A stretch of DNA of 64,000 bases from Squalus acanthias (lineage: Eukaryota): NCBI GenBank assembly GCA_030390025.1, contig JASTWF010000335.1, forward strand, positions 1 to 64,000, in the 5' to 3' direction. Below the pieces are notes generated by a model, which was not told where the DNA came from, did no database searches, and saw nothing but the letters and a program-made list of their open reading frames with translations. Made by a program: the position numbers and the translations under genes. This document shows positions 50,298-61,236 of this stretch, in pieces; within the stretch, counting starts at the first letter, position 1, and every line of letters begins with the position of its first letter.

Positions 50298-50458
50298 CAC
50301 TCCTCCAATTCTGGCCTGTTTCACAGCCCGATTTTAATCGCTCCACCATCGGCGGCCGTGCCTTCATCTGCCCAGGTCCTGAGCACTGGAATTCCCTCCC
50401 TGAAACTTCCCGTCTCTCTACCTCTCTTTCCACCTTTCAGACGGTCCTTAAACCCTAC
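50298..50458 (+). mobile_element. L2 continuation after the array (resumes again at 54612-54720 and 55020-55055)
   Basis: Approx. SSNSGL..FNRSTIGGRAFI..WNSLP..LK; tail AAGGCGCTATATAAATGCAAGTT at ~55027. Confidence 0.8.
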
Positions 50459-50817
50459 GGGGGAAAAATTAGGTCGCGCCCCGTTTGGAGCGCAAATATC
50501 GTCTGGACGCAAATATTAGCGCCTGGCGCTAATTATCGCCACTGACTGGAAACTTCACTTTTACCGCCCCGGGAGGTGAGTGGAGCGCTAAATCAGGTGC
50601 TGCACACCTGTCTTACGGCGCAAAGGCCGAGCAGTGAGGCGCTAACTCAGCGCGCGAGCGCAGCGCAGGAGCTGCCAGTTAGCGAGGGAACACAGACACA
50701 CTGGCGCCGGCCACTTCTTAAAGCGGGGGGGGCCAACTTGCTCCCCAGCCACACCCTGCTCATTGCAGCCTTGAATCGCGGCCTGGAGAGACCTGTGAAT
50801 CCATTTTGCTGCCAAGG

Positions 50818-52636
50818 ATGGAGAGGGTGAGAGAACGAGCTCATCGCTTCACCGAGCGGGCCTTGGATGCTCTGGTTGGCGCGGTGGAGCGCAGAAGATG
50901 TATACTCTTCCCTGAGAGTGGCAGGAGGCCTTTGCCACGCGAGTACAGAAGAGTGTGGAGGGAGGTGGCTCAGAGCGTCTCCTCCAGGAGCATGGTGCCC
51001 AGGACCCATGTTCAATTCCGCAAAAAGTTCAACGACCTCACTCGGGTCGTCAGGGTGAGTGGCTTTTTCTCAATACCTCTCCATCCCTCCATCTCAACCT
51101 CACTCTATGGCCAGAGGGTCTTAAAACCCCAATGCACAACACTCATCCAACACCTATGGCCCTTTCATGAAACACACACACACATTCCACACTTTGCATA
51201 CAGTAAGGGCTATTCACCTATGGGAGGCACATCAGGCAAGACCATGGCTGCATACAGTAAGGGCTATTCATCTATGGGAGGCACATCAGGCAAGACCATG
51301 GCTGTATATTTACTCAGATGCTGTCCTTTTTCTTGCAGGCCAAGCTGGCGCATAATAGGAGACAGCAGCAATGGACAGGTGGAGGGCGGCCTCAGCTGCA
51401 ACCCCTCAGCGATCTTGAGGAGCGCGTCCACAGGATTGTGGCAAGCCGGTGATCGGTCCCGTCGCCACTGGAGACGCCGACCCCGTTCTGGACAGCAATG
51501 GTAAGGTCATCACCTTTTTGTCCTCTGTCCTTCCACTTGTCCCTCACAACACCAGCCTTTGACACTTTCAATCCAACTTGCTAACTCGCTGCACTTATTC
51601 CTCCCTTACTGCCACCCTGTCCTCACGCTAAAGCCTCTCTTGTACCTCCCTGCTTTCAGATGGTGATTAACCAGCTGAGGAGACGGGCCCTGAAGCTGCC
51701 ACTGGGAGTGAAGCTGCAGCCGAGGAGGAAGAGGAAGCCGGAGCATCAGTGCCACCCTCTCCCGAGGAAGCCCATGCCCATACTGGGAACACGCCTTCCC
51801 TGGAGGGGAGCAGGGGGGAAGGGTCTGATGAGGGTGAAGCTCCAGGACCCAGCGGGCTGCAGCAACGCCATGGGGGTAGGGAAGAACGGGGGCCTTCTCC
51901 CCAGAGGGAGAGTATGCCAGAGACTCCTACTGCAATGGACGCAGAGGAGGAGCGGCTGATCGCAGAAATGAACACCCAGGCGGTGGGCATGCACACTGAG
52001 CTCATGGGTGCAGTGGGAAGGGTGCCCGAATGCATTGAGTCACTGGCAAGGAGTGTGGAGCACTTCGCTGTAGCACAGGCGGATGCCACACTAACGCTTA
52101 GTGCTGCAATTCAGTCACTGACTGCCATGATCCCATCTCTGACTGCTCTCATGCAGACTCAGATTGAGGCCACGCGAGCACTGACTGCTGCCAACCTCGA
52201 TGGTTCGTTCACATGTCCCCGGGGCTCTCACCGCGCCGCAGCAGGCCAGCAATCTGTGCTCCAGCAGATTGCTCCGGATGCTGAAGTGCTGCCCCGTGGG
52301 AGTGCCAGTGTGTCGGGCGAGCAGGGAGTTGCTGTCCTCTCTCACGATGACAGCATTCCTGCTGCCAACACTGTCACTTCTCCACTGCACTTGCCACCGC
52401 CTGTAGGACAGACTGCTGCCGCCCATGCAGAGTTGGTGCAGTCTGCAGCCGGGCCCTCCAGGCCCAGAACTGGTCGAGGCCGTCCTTCAGTGGCATCTGC
52501 AGTGTCAGGGTCTGACGATCAGCAGCCTTCCACCAGCCTTGCTGCAGCCACTGAGGTCCCATTACGGAGGAGCAGTAGGGTTAGAAGGGGGGAAGTGCGC
52601 AAGGGAAGGAGATCACCCTCGAAGGGCAAAAAGTAG
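50818..52636 (+). pseudogene. Harbinger Myb/SANT-like (trihelix) protein gene, 3 exons (50818-51054, 51339-51500, 51660-52636), disrupted
   Basis: RFTERALDALV..VWREVAQSVS..RTHVQFRKKFNDL, then AKLAHNRRQQQWTGGG. Apparent 1-nt frameshift near 51440 and in-frame TAA at 51668. Confidence 0.8.
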
Positions 52637-52948
52637 GAGGTGTGACAAAATGCTGGTCATTTTTTTATTAAAGGCCGAGGTTCGTGGTCCAACTTTTGTT
52701 TAGTGTTTTGGACATTATCTCCAGGTTGTGAGAACCAGTTATGTTATTGACTGTTTTTTTGTGTTTATTTCTATGAGTTTGTCATGAGGAAATGACACAC
52801 ACAGAGTTTGTAAAATAAATAAGTTTTTGTATTCAAAATATACATGTTTGGTGTTTGGAATTATTGGTGCCTTGGCCGGCTTAGGGGTTGCGTGCTGGGT
52901 TCATTGATGTTGTTAGCAATGGCAGAAGCCAAATCCACAGCAGGGGCC

Positions 52949-54100
52949 CTAGAAGCGGCTTGCTATCAGCCGTTGACGGACGGCCCTTGCAGTTTCACCA
53001 TTGTGGGCCGCCCTCCCGCCTTGGTGCTGCTGATGATCATCCTCCTCGTCCTCTTCCTCCTCCTCCTCTGGTGGTGCTCCAAGGCCTGGTGGCATTGGCT
53101 GGGTCCTGACGATTGCCATGTTATGCAACATGCAGCACACAACTACGAAGTTGGATACTCGCTCAGGCGAGTACTGCAGGGCTCCTCCAGAATGGTCGAG
53201 ACAGCGGAACCGTTGCTTCAGCACGTCGATTGTGCGCTCAATAATGTTCCTGGTAGCTTGATGGCTCTCATTGTACCGCAGCTCAGCAGGGGTGTTGGGC
53301 GTATGGAGCGGTGTCATCAGCCAGGTGCTCAATGGATACCCCTTGTCCCCGAGAAGCCAACCAACTGGCTGATGCGGTGCCTCGAAAAGTTCTGCCACAG
53401 TAGTCTGGCGCAGGATAAAAGCATCGTGGCAGCTGCCAGGATAGTGGGCATTGACAGCGAGTATCAGCTGTCTGTGGTCACAGACCAACTGAACATTCAA
53501 GGAATGGAACCCCTTTCTGTTCCGGAATTCCTCGGCATTCTCATGTGGAGCACGCAAAGCCACATGCGTGCAGTCAATGGCGCCCTGCACCATGGGGAAG
53601 CCCGCTATCCTCGCAAAGCCCAGAGCGCGGTCACGCTGCTTGTCTGGGGTCATGGGGAAAGAGATGAACTCTCGTCTCCTTTTAAAGAGGGCATTTGTGA
53701 CCTGCCGGATGCAGCAATGCACCGCGAACTGGGAGATATTGGCGAGGTCCCCAGCAGCAGCTTGAAATGAGCCAGCAGCATAGAAGTTGAGAGCCACTGT
53801 GAACTTCACTGCCACCGACAGAGACGTCCTGGACCTCAGTTGAGGCTGCAGATCTGGCTGCAGCAGGTGGCAGAGCTCAGTGACCACCTCCTTGCTGAAT
53901 CGCAGCCTTCGCAAACACAGCTCCTCAGACATATGAATGTAGGAGAGCTGTTCACGATATACCCTGGGAGGGTAAGCTCTCCTGTACATACGCCTGTTGG
54001 CCCTCCTCCGTCTGGCCATCATTGCCACTCTCTCTCTGCGTCTCTGTGTCCTCCGATTCAGCTGGAGCAGGACGACGCCCCCAATCAGTGCAGACCCCAT
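52949..54100 (-). CDS. Harbinger (HARBI1-like) DDE transposase, 383 aa from ATG 54100
   Basis: GAIDCTHV, NRKGFHSLNVQLVCD, PGSCHDAFIL, LLGDKGYPL, YNESHQATRNIIERTIDVLKQRFRCL; uninterrupted ORF. Confidence 0.95.
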   Translation of the reverse strand: MGSALIGGVVLLQLNRRTQRRRERVAMMARRRRANRRMYRRAYPPRVYREQLSYIHMSEELCLRRLRFSKEVVTELCHLLQPDLQPQLRSRTSLSVAVKFTVALNFYAAGSFQAAAGDLANISQFAVHCCIRQVTNALFKRRREFISFPMTPDKQRDRALGFARIAGFPMVQGAIDCTHVALRAPHENAEEFRNRKGFHSLNVQLVCDHRQLILAVNAHYPGSCHDAFILRQTTVAELFEAPHQPVGWLLGDKGYPLSTWLMTPLHTPNTPAELRYNESHQATRNIIERTIDVLKQRFRCLDHSGGALQYSPERVSNFVVVCCMLHNMAIVRTQPMPPGLGAPPEEEEEEDEEDDHQQHQGGRAAHNGETARAVRQRLIASRF

Positions 54101-54719
54101 AGTCTCTTTGCAAGCAAAGTAATGAAGGACAGCAACCAAAGTAGCAGCGAAGTTAGGATCAGTAGGCAAAACTACCTCACAAAGCGTTGACTCAATGCAG
54201 AAGTCTCTCTTTCTCTCTCTCCGAATCTCTCTCTCTCTCTCAGAACGAGTGGTGCAAAAATGTCAACCACAGAAAAAGACAGGAAGAGGCCCCCTTTAAA
54301 TAGCGCCCCCCCCAGCCCCACAGCGATTGATAGCGTTCCAGTCTTCCGGTCGTTGGATGCGCCAGGCGGTAAGGCAGGGGGCGCCACTCAATTTCCGCTC
54401 CGGGGCGCCACAAGGGCGTTGCACCATGGAATGACGTCACAATCTGCGCGCGCAGGTTGTCGCGGCGGTAAAGTTTAGCGCTGCCGCACAATGTCTAGTT
54501 AAGTTCCCGAGCGGCGCAAACATCGCTGCGCCCGGGCGCTAGCGGCTTTGCGCCCCATTAGCGCCCTCTTAAGGCGCTAACGGGAGGCGCAACCAAGTGA
54601 ATTTTTACCCCTACCTCTTTGACCAAGACTTTGTTCGCCTGCCCCAACATCTCCAGATGAGAGTCGGAGTCAAATTTTGTTTGATAATCGTTTCCGTGAA
54701 GCACGTTGGGGTGTTTTAT

Positions 54720-55005
54720 TTTATTCCTTCACTGGATGTGGGCGGGGCTGACAAGGCCGGCGTTTATTACCCATCCCTAGTTGCCCCTTGAGAAGGTGGT
54801 GGTGAGCCTCCTACTTGAACCGCTGCAGTCCGTGTGGTGAAGGTGCTCCCACAGTGCTGTTAGGGAGGGAGTTCCAGGATTTTGACCCAGCGACGATGAA
54901 GGAACGGCCGATATATTTCCAAGTCGGGATGGTGTGTGACTTGGAGGTGGTGGTGTTCCCATGCGCCTGCTGCCCTTGTCCTTCTAGGGGGTAGAGGTCG
55001 CGGGT
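54720..55005 (-). mobile_element. CR1-group LINE 3' fragment (second family) nested in the L2 tail
   Basis: Homologous to 59545-60050 and 22722-22792. Confidence 0.7.
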
Positions 55006-55191
55006 GTACTCCGCTCTACTCCATTAAAGGCGCTATATAAATGCAAGTTAATGTTGTTTTCCTCGCTGTATTCCCATGAACCTGGTTTTCCAAATGTCCT
55101 GATGTCCTACCCTCATCCATGTCTTTGTTACCAACAAACCATGTTTTCTCAATGTCTGTCATCGCAACGCAAGTGTCTTTCTCATTCCCAG

Positions 55192-55302
55192 GTTGTGCAC
55201 ATAGTGCTGGCGCTGTGCCTGATACTCATAACCATGCCGAATCTCATCCTGCTGACTTATGAACAAATAAGACTGAGCATTTTGTGGTGGTTGGTGTTGC
55301 AG
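55192..55302 (+). CDS. MS4A/CD20-like gene, domain B TM1-TM2 exon
   Basis: CTCATTCCCAG acceptor, GTAGGT donor, 111 nt; VVHIVLALCLILITMPNLILLTYEQIRLSILWWLVLQ. Confidence 0.8.
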
Positions 55303-56019
55303 GTAGGTGATGTGCACCAGTTTTGACTGATCGATGTGTCATTGGCCAATGAACCTCAATATAGAGCAGTGTGTGCTGGGACATACTCCGTGGAAAATAA
55401 GGGGCAGGTTGGGGTCATGTTATCCACCCGACTGCAATTGGATGTGGGAGATTGATGCCATTTTCACCTCATTGGGCAATTGAGTTCCAGCATGTGGGAA
55501 CCCATGACCCAATTAGTGGTTTCAGTCTGAAAGTCGCCTCTGATGATGTCATCATTGCTGCTGCATTGAAGGTCTTCAGAGACTGCCTGGCCTTTGCTGT
55601 GAGAGGACCTGAAGGCACAATGAGCAGCAGCAGTCCTAAGTCTGCTCCCAGATATTTTTACACAGAGAGAGACAGAGAGAGAGACAGAGAGAGAGATCCA
55701 GCCAGACAAATGTGCTCCCGCCAGGTTTCACAATCGTGGTTCAGAACAGGCGTGCTTCACGTACAACAAGGGTTAAAATCACAAAGGCCTTTCAAAATGG
55801 CATTACAGAGCCAATTTAGTGCTTGTTAAGGGCCTTAACAGCCTATCCCGCCTCTTAAAGGCGGGACGGAGTCGGGACCAGCAGACACGATTTAATGAAA
55901 ATTGCGTGGAGGCGGGATGGAGGCGGACTTGTGCCCGCCCGCCAGTTTTCGCAATTTTAACCCCCCACACGCCTCCAAACTCGCCTCCACGGGTCACTGA
56001 AAATCCAGCCCTAAGAGTC

Positions 56020-56690
56020 TGAATGAGGTCGAGGAGCAGAGAGATCTCGGGGGGAACAGATACACAAAGCAGTAAAAGTAGCGACCCAGGTTAACAGCTC
56101 ACTTGGAGGACTGCGAACGATTCTGGTCGCCATATTACACTCGGAGAGCTGTGCACAGTTCGGGTCTCCGTGTTATTATAAGGATAGAGAGGCACTGGAG
56201 ATGGTGCAAAATAGATTGACTGGAGTGACCGGTACAACCTCTCAGTCTGCGATCAGGAAAGTTTGAACGGGCTGGGGCTCCTTTCTCTCGGAAATAGAAG
56301 ACTGAGGGATGACCTGATGGAGGTCTTTAAGATTATGAAAGGGTTCGATCGGGTAGACGTAGAGAAGATGTTTCCACTTGTGGGAGAGACCAGAACTAGG
56401 GGGGCCATCAGTATAAGAGAGTCACTAATAAATCCAAGAGGGAATTCAGGAGAAACTTCTTCACCCAGAGAGTGGTGAGAATGTGGAACTCGCTCCCACA
56501 GGGAGTGGTTGAGGCGAGTAGTATAGATGTATTTAAGGGGAAGCTGGATAAACACACGAGGGTGAAAGGAATAGAAGGAGATGTTGATGGGGTGAGATGA
56601 AGAAGGGTGGGAGGAGGCTCGTGTGGAGCAGAAACACTGTCATGGAGCAGTTGGGCCGAATGGCCTGTTCCTGTGCTGTAAATACTCTGT
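56020..56690 (+). mobile_element. CR1 LINE 3' fragment
   Basis: RRLRDDLMEVFKIMKGFDRVDVEKMFPLVGETRTRG; 3' end GGGCCGAATGGCCTGTTCCTGTGCTGTA. Confidence 0.85.
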
Positions 56691-56799
56691 AATAAAACCC
56701 CGGGTGAAGACCCCAGGTCCCGAAGGTTGGGAAGGGGACAAAGGAATGCGAAGAGCTGAATCCAATAGTCGAGAAAGACAGACTCCCATTTCTACAGCA

Positions 56800-57092
56800 G
56801 GAGCTCCCAAAGCTCTTTACAGCCAATGAAGTACTTTAGTCGTCACTGTTGTAATGTGGGAAACGCAACAGCCAGTTTGCGCACAGCAAGCTCCCACAAG
56901 CAGCAACGTGATAATGACCAGATATTCTGTTTGTAGTGATGTGAGTTGAGGGGTGAGTATCGGGCCCAGGTCACCCGAGAGAACTCACCTCTGTTCATCT
57001 TCCAGGAGTGTCTGTGGGATCTTTTATCTCCACCGGAGATGGCAGAAGGGGGCCTCGGTTTAACGTCTCGTCCGAAAGACGGCATCTCTGGC
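56800..57092 (-). mobile_element. DeuSINE-like SINE body
   Basis: Homologous to 20284-20620. Confidence 0.8.
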
Positions 57093-58413
57093 AGTGTGGC
57101 GCTCCCTCAGTACTGCCCCTCTGACAGTGCAGCACTCCCTCAGTACTGCCCCTCCGATAGTGCAGCGCTCCCTCAGTACTGCCCCTCCGACAGTGCGGCG
57201 CTCCCTCAGTACTGCCCCTCCCACAGTGCAGCGCTCCCTCAGTACTGCCCCTCCGACAGTGCGGCACTCCCTCAGTACTGCCCCTCCGACAGTGCAGCGC
57301 TCCCTCAGTACTGCCCCTCCGACAGTGCAGCGCTCCCTCAGTACTGCCCCTCCCACAGTGCAGCGCTCCCTCAGTACTGCCCCTCCGACAGTGCAGCGCT
57401 CCCTCAGTACTGCCCCTCCGACAGTGCAGCGCTCCCTCAGTACTGCCCCTCCGACAGTGCGGCGCTCCCTCAGTACTGCCCCTCCCCCAGTGCGGCGCTC
57501 CCTCAGTACTGCCCCTGCGACAGTGCGGCACTCCCTCAGTACTGCCCCTCCCACAGAGCAGCGCTCCCTCAGTACTGCCCCTCCGACAGTGCGGCACTCC
57601 CTCAGTACTGCCCCTCCGACAGTGCAGCGCTCCCTCAGTACTGCCCCTCCCACAGTGCAGCGCTCCCTCAGTACTGCCCCTCCGACAGTGCAGCGCTCCC
57701 TCAGTACTGCCCCTCCGACAGTGCAGCGCTCCCTCAGTACTGCCCCTCCGACAGTGCGGCTCTCCCTCAGTACTGCCCCCTCCGACAGTGCAGCGCTCCC
57801 TCAGTACTGCCCCTCCGACAGTGCAGCGCTCCCTCAGTACTCCCCCTCCAACAGTGCAGCGCTCCCTCAGTACTGCCCCTCCGACAGTGCGGCTCTCCCT
57901 CAGTACTGCCCCCTCCGACAGTGCAGCGCTCCCTCAGTACTGACCCTCCGACAGTGCAGCGCTCCCTCAGTACTGCCCCTCCGACAGTGCGGCGCTCCCT
58001 CAGTACTGCCCCTCCGACAGTGCAGCACTCCCTCACTACTACTCCTCCGACAGTGCGGCGCTCCCTCATTACTGCCCCTCCGATAGTGCAGCACTCCCTC
58101 AGTACTGCCCCTCCGACAGTGCAGCGCTCCCTCAGTACTACCCCTCCGACAGTGCGGCGCACCCACACTACTGCCCCTCCAACAGTGCAGCGCTCCCTTA
58201 GTACTGCCCCTCCGACAGTGCAGCGCTCCCTCAGTACTACCCCTCCGACAGTGCAGCGCTACCTCAGTACTGCCCCTCCGACAGTGCAGCGCTCCCTCAG
58301 TACTGCCCCTCCGACAGTGCAGCGCTCCCTCAGTACTGCCCCTCCCACAGTGCAGCGCTCCCTCAGTACTGCCCCTCTGACAGTGCAGCGCTCCCTCAGT
58401 ACTGCCCCTCCGA
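57093..58413 (-). repeat. 33-bp SINE-derived minisatellite (independent copy)
   Basis: Direct inspection. Confidence 0.97.
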
Positions 58414-58544
58414 CGTTTTAGCTAGTTTAACCCTTTTCCCACGTGAAGCACGCCTGATCTGAAACACGCCAGTGAAACCTGGCGGGAGCACAAGTGGATA
58501 GCTGACTATCAGCTGCAGGTCCACTATTACAACGGAGATGTGAT

Positions 58545-59358
58545 GAAGGTAGTAGTAGTTATCGGCCCCCAAACAGTAGTTGTAATGTAGGGCAGAGTAT
58601 AAATCAGGAAATTAGAGGTGCATGTAACAAGGTCATCCAGTAATCATGGGGGACTTTAAGCTACATGTAGACTGGGCAAACCAAATTTGCAGTAATAGTG
58701 TGGAGGACAAATTCATGGAATGAATGCAAGATAGTTTTCTAGATCAGTATGTTGAGGAACCAACTGGGGAACAGGCTATTTTAGATCTAGTATTGTGCAA
58801 CGAGAAAGGGTTAATTAATAACCTTGTAGTAAAGGGGCCTTTAGGGAAGAGTGATCATAATATGATAGAATTTTATATTGAGTTTGCAAGTGACTTAATT
58901 AAATCCGAAACTAGGGTCTTAAATCTAAACAAAGCAAACTACGTAGGTATGAGGGGCGAGTTGGCTAAGGTAGATTGGGAAACTACATTAAAAGGTATGA
59001 TGGTAGACAAGCAATGGCGAGCATTTAAAGAATTAATACATAATTTACAACAAATATACATTCCTGTAAGGCACAAAAACCCCACAGGAAAAGTGGTCCA
59101 ACCGTGGCTAACAAGAGAAATTAAAGAAAGTATTAGATCAAAGGAAGAGGCTTATAATGTTGCCAAAAAGAGCAGTAAGCCTGAGGATCGGGAGGATTTT
59201 AGAATTCAGCAAAGGAGGACCAAGAAATTGATAAAGGAAGGGAAAATAGAATATGAGAGTAAACTAGCGAGAGACATAAAAACAGACTGTAAAAGCTTCT
59301 ATAGGTGTGTAAAAAGGAAAAGATTAGCGAAAGTAAATGTGGGTCCCTTACAGGCAGG
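58545..59358 (+). mobile_element. CR1 LINE ORF2 internal fragment (APE endonuclease end and linker)
   Basis: FLDQYVEEPT..ILDLVLCNE..LGKSDHNMIEF..PWLTREIK..KSFYR. Confidence 0.9.
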
Positions 59359-59544
59359 AGATAAGGTGGGGGAGCATTCCATGTGAGATCAGAGCAGAGG
59401 GTGAGGCCAGGAATATCAGTGGATGGGTGAGGAATTGGGGGAGGAACCACGAGAGAGAGGGGGGGGGAATCTGTCAATTGGGTTGGTCACACTCAGATGT
59501 TGGATTGACGTGAAGCAATTGGTCAGAATCAGGCCTCAGTGGGT

Positions 59545-60050
59545 TTTATTTAATGCATTCATTCATGGGATTTGGGCGTCGCTGGCGAGGCCGGTATTTA
59601 TTGCCCATTCCCGACTTGCCCCTTGAGAAGGTGGTGGTGAGCCGCCTTCTTGAACCGCTGCAGTCCGTGTGGTGAAGGTGCTCCCGCAGTGCTGTTACTT
59701 CGGGGAGTTCCAGCGTTTGGACCCAGCGACGATGAAGGAACGGCCGACACACGACCAAGTCAGGATTGGTGTGTGACTCGGAGGAGGGGAACTTGGAGGT
59801 GGTGGTGTTCCCATTGCGCCTGCTGCCCTTGTCCTTCTAGGTGGAAGAGTTCGTGGGTTTGGGAGGTGCTGCCGAAGAAGCCTTGGCGAGTTGCTGCAGT
59901 GCATCTTTGTAGATGGTACACACTGCAGCCACGGTACGCCGGTGGTGGAGGGAGTGAATGTTTAAGGTGGTGGATGGGGTGCCAATCAAGCGGGCTGCTT
60001 TGTCCTGGATGGTGTCGAGCTTCTTGAGTGTTGGAGCTGCAGTGCATCTT
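59545..60050 (-). mobile_element. CR1-group LINE 3' fragment (second family)
   Basis: TLKKLDTIQDKAARLIG..LNIHSLHHRRTVAAVCTIYK. Confidence 0.8.
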
Positions 60051-60119
60051 GTAGATTGGTGACTCTTACCACCAGTGCATGTGTGTCGTATCCTCTCACT
60101 GTGTCTCTTACGCTTGCAG

Positions 60120-60176
60120 TGTATCGCATCGGGTGTCTTGTCCATCGCAGCTGAAGACAGACCAAGCATCAACATG
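60120..60176 (+). CDS. MS4A/CD20-like gene, domain B 57-nt exon (CIASGVLSIAAEDRPSINM)
   Basis: CGCTTGCAG acceptor, GTAAGA donor; same length, phase and motif as 29085-29141. Confidence 0.85.
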
Positions 60177-60234
60177 GTAAGACAGTCAAAAGATTAACGG
60201 ACATTACTACCCTTCAGAGACTAAAACAAGGCTG

Positions 60235-60622
60235 AGTAGGCCTCAGCTGGAGTATTGTTTCAAAGTCGAGGCACCACACTTTAGGAAGGATGTTAAGGCC
60301 TTGGAGAGAGGGTGCAGAGGAGATTGACCAGAATGGTACCAGGGATGAGGGACTTCAGTTAGGTGGAGAGACTGGAGAAGCTGGGATTGTTCTCCTTGGA
60401 GCAGAGAAGGTTAAGAGGAGATTGACCAGAATGGTACCAGGGATGAGGGACTTCAGTTATGTGCAGAGACTGGAGAAGATGGGATTGTTCTCCTTCGAGC
60501 AGAGAAGGTTTTGGGGAGATTTGATAGAGTTGTTCAAAATCATGAGGGGTTTTGATAGAGTAGATAAGCAGAAACTGTTCCCACTTGCAGGAGGGTCGGT
60601 AACCAGAGGACACAGATTGAAG
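60235..60622 (+). mobile_element. CR1 LINE fragment with a 2x 98-bp duplication
   Basis: [29 protein letters not shown]. Confidence 0.85.
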
Positions 60623-61236
60623 GGGTTAAAGACGCTATATAAATTCAAGTTGTTGCTGTTGTTGTTGTACTTCTCTCAAATAAGACTCCCTGACCGAACA
60701 GTTCTGAAACTCTTTGAAACACAGGTTTTATTAACCGTTATCTTTGTATAATGCAGTTAATGGATCCCTTGACCTATGTTTATGACTCTAGCCACCAAAG
60801 TTACACTTTAATCACTCATGGCTGACGTCATTACTGTCCCTTATTTCCTTGCACAAGCATTTCACGTATATAACACACAGACATTAAAAGCAGAAGACAA
60901 GGTAGGCTTTCCTCCTCAGGACATATCAAAGACATCCTGTTCATATTGGGAAATCTGTCGCTCTATATTACAAGCAAGGTCCGTTATTAAACCTTAACTC
61001 CCCAAGATGTCCAACATACAACTCTCCACTCCTCGCCCCATGTCCAATGTCACCCTTTCAACAACAACAACTGGCATTTATATAGCGCCTTTAACATAGT
61101 AAAACGTCCCAAGGCGCTTCACAGGAGCGATTATCAAACACAATTTGACCCCGATCCACATTTGGAGATATTAGGGACAGGTGACCAAAAGCGTGGTCAA
61201 AGAGGTAGGTTTTAAGGAGCTTCCTAAAGGAAGAGA

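Larger units (their letters stand above)
50459..54611. mobile_element. PIF/Harbinger DNA transposon, full length (4153 bp)
   Basis: TIRs GGGGGAAAAATT (50459-50470) and AATTTTTACCCC (54600-54611); TAC at 50456-50458 and 54612-54614; convergent transposase and Myb/SANT genes; removing it rejoins the L2 sequence. Confidence 0.92.

Noticed and set aside
52844..53770. 308-aa + strand ORF
   Set aside because: Antisense shadow of the transposase with no recognisable motif.
52949..54100. Domesticated host gene HARBI1
   Set aside because: Lies between TIRs with a TSD and a Myb partner, so it is a transposon copy; no gene symbol assigned.
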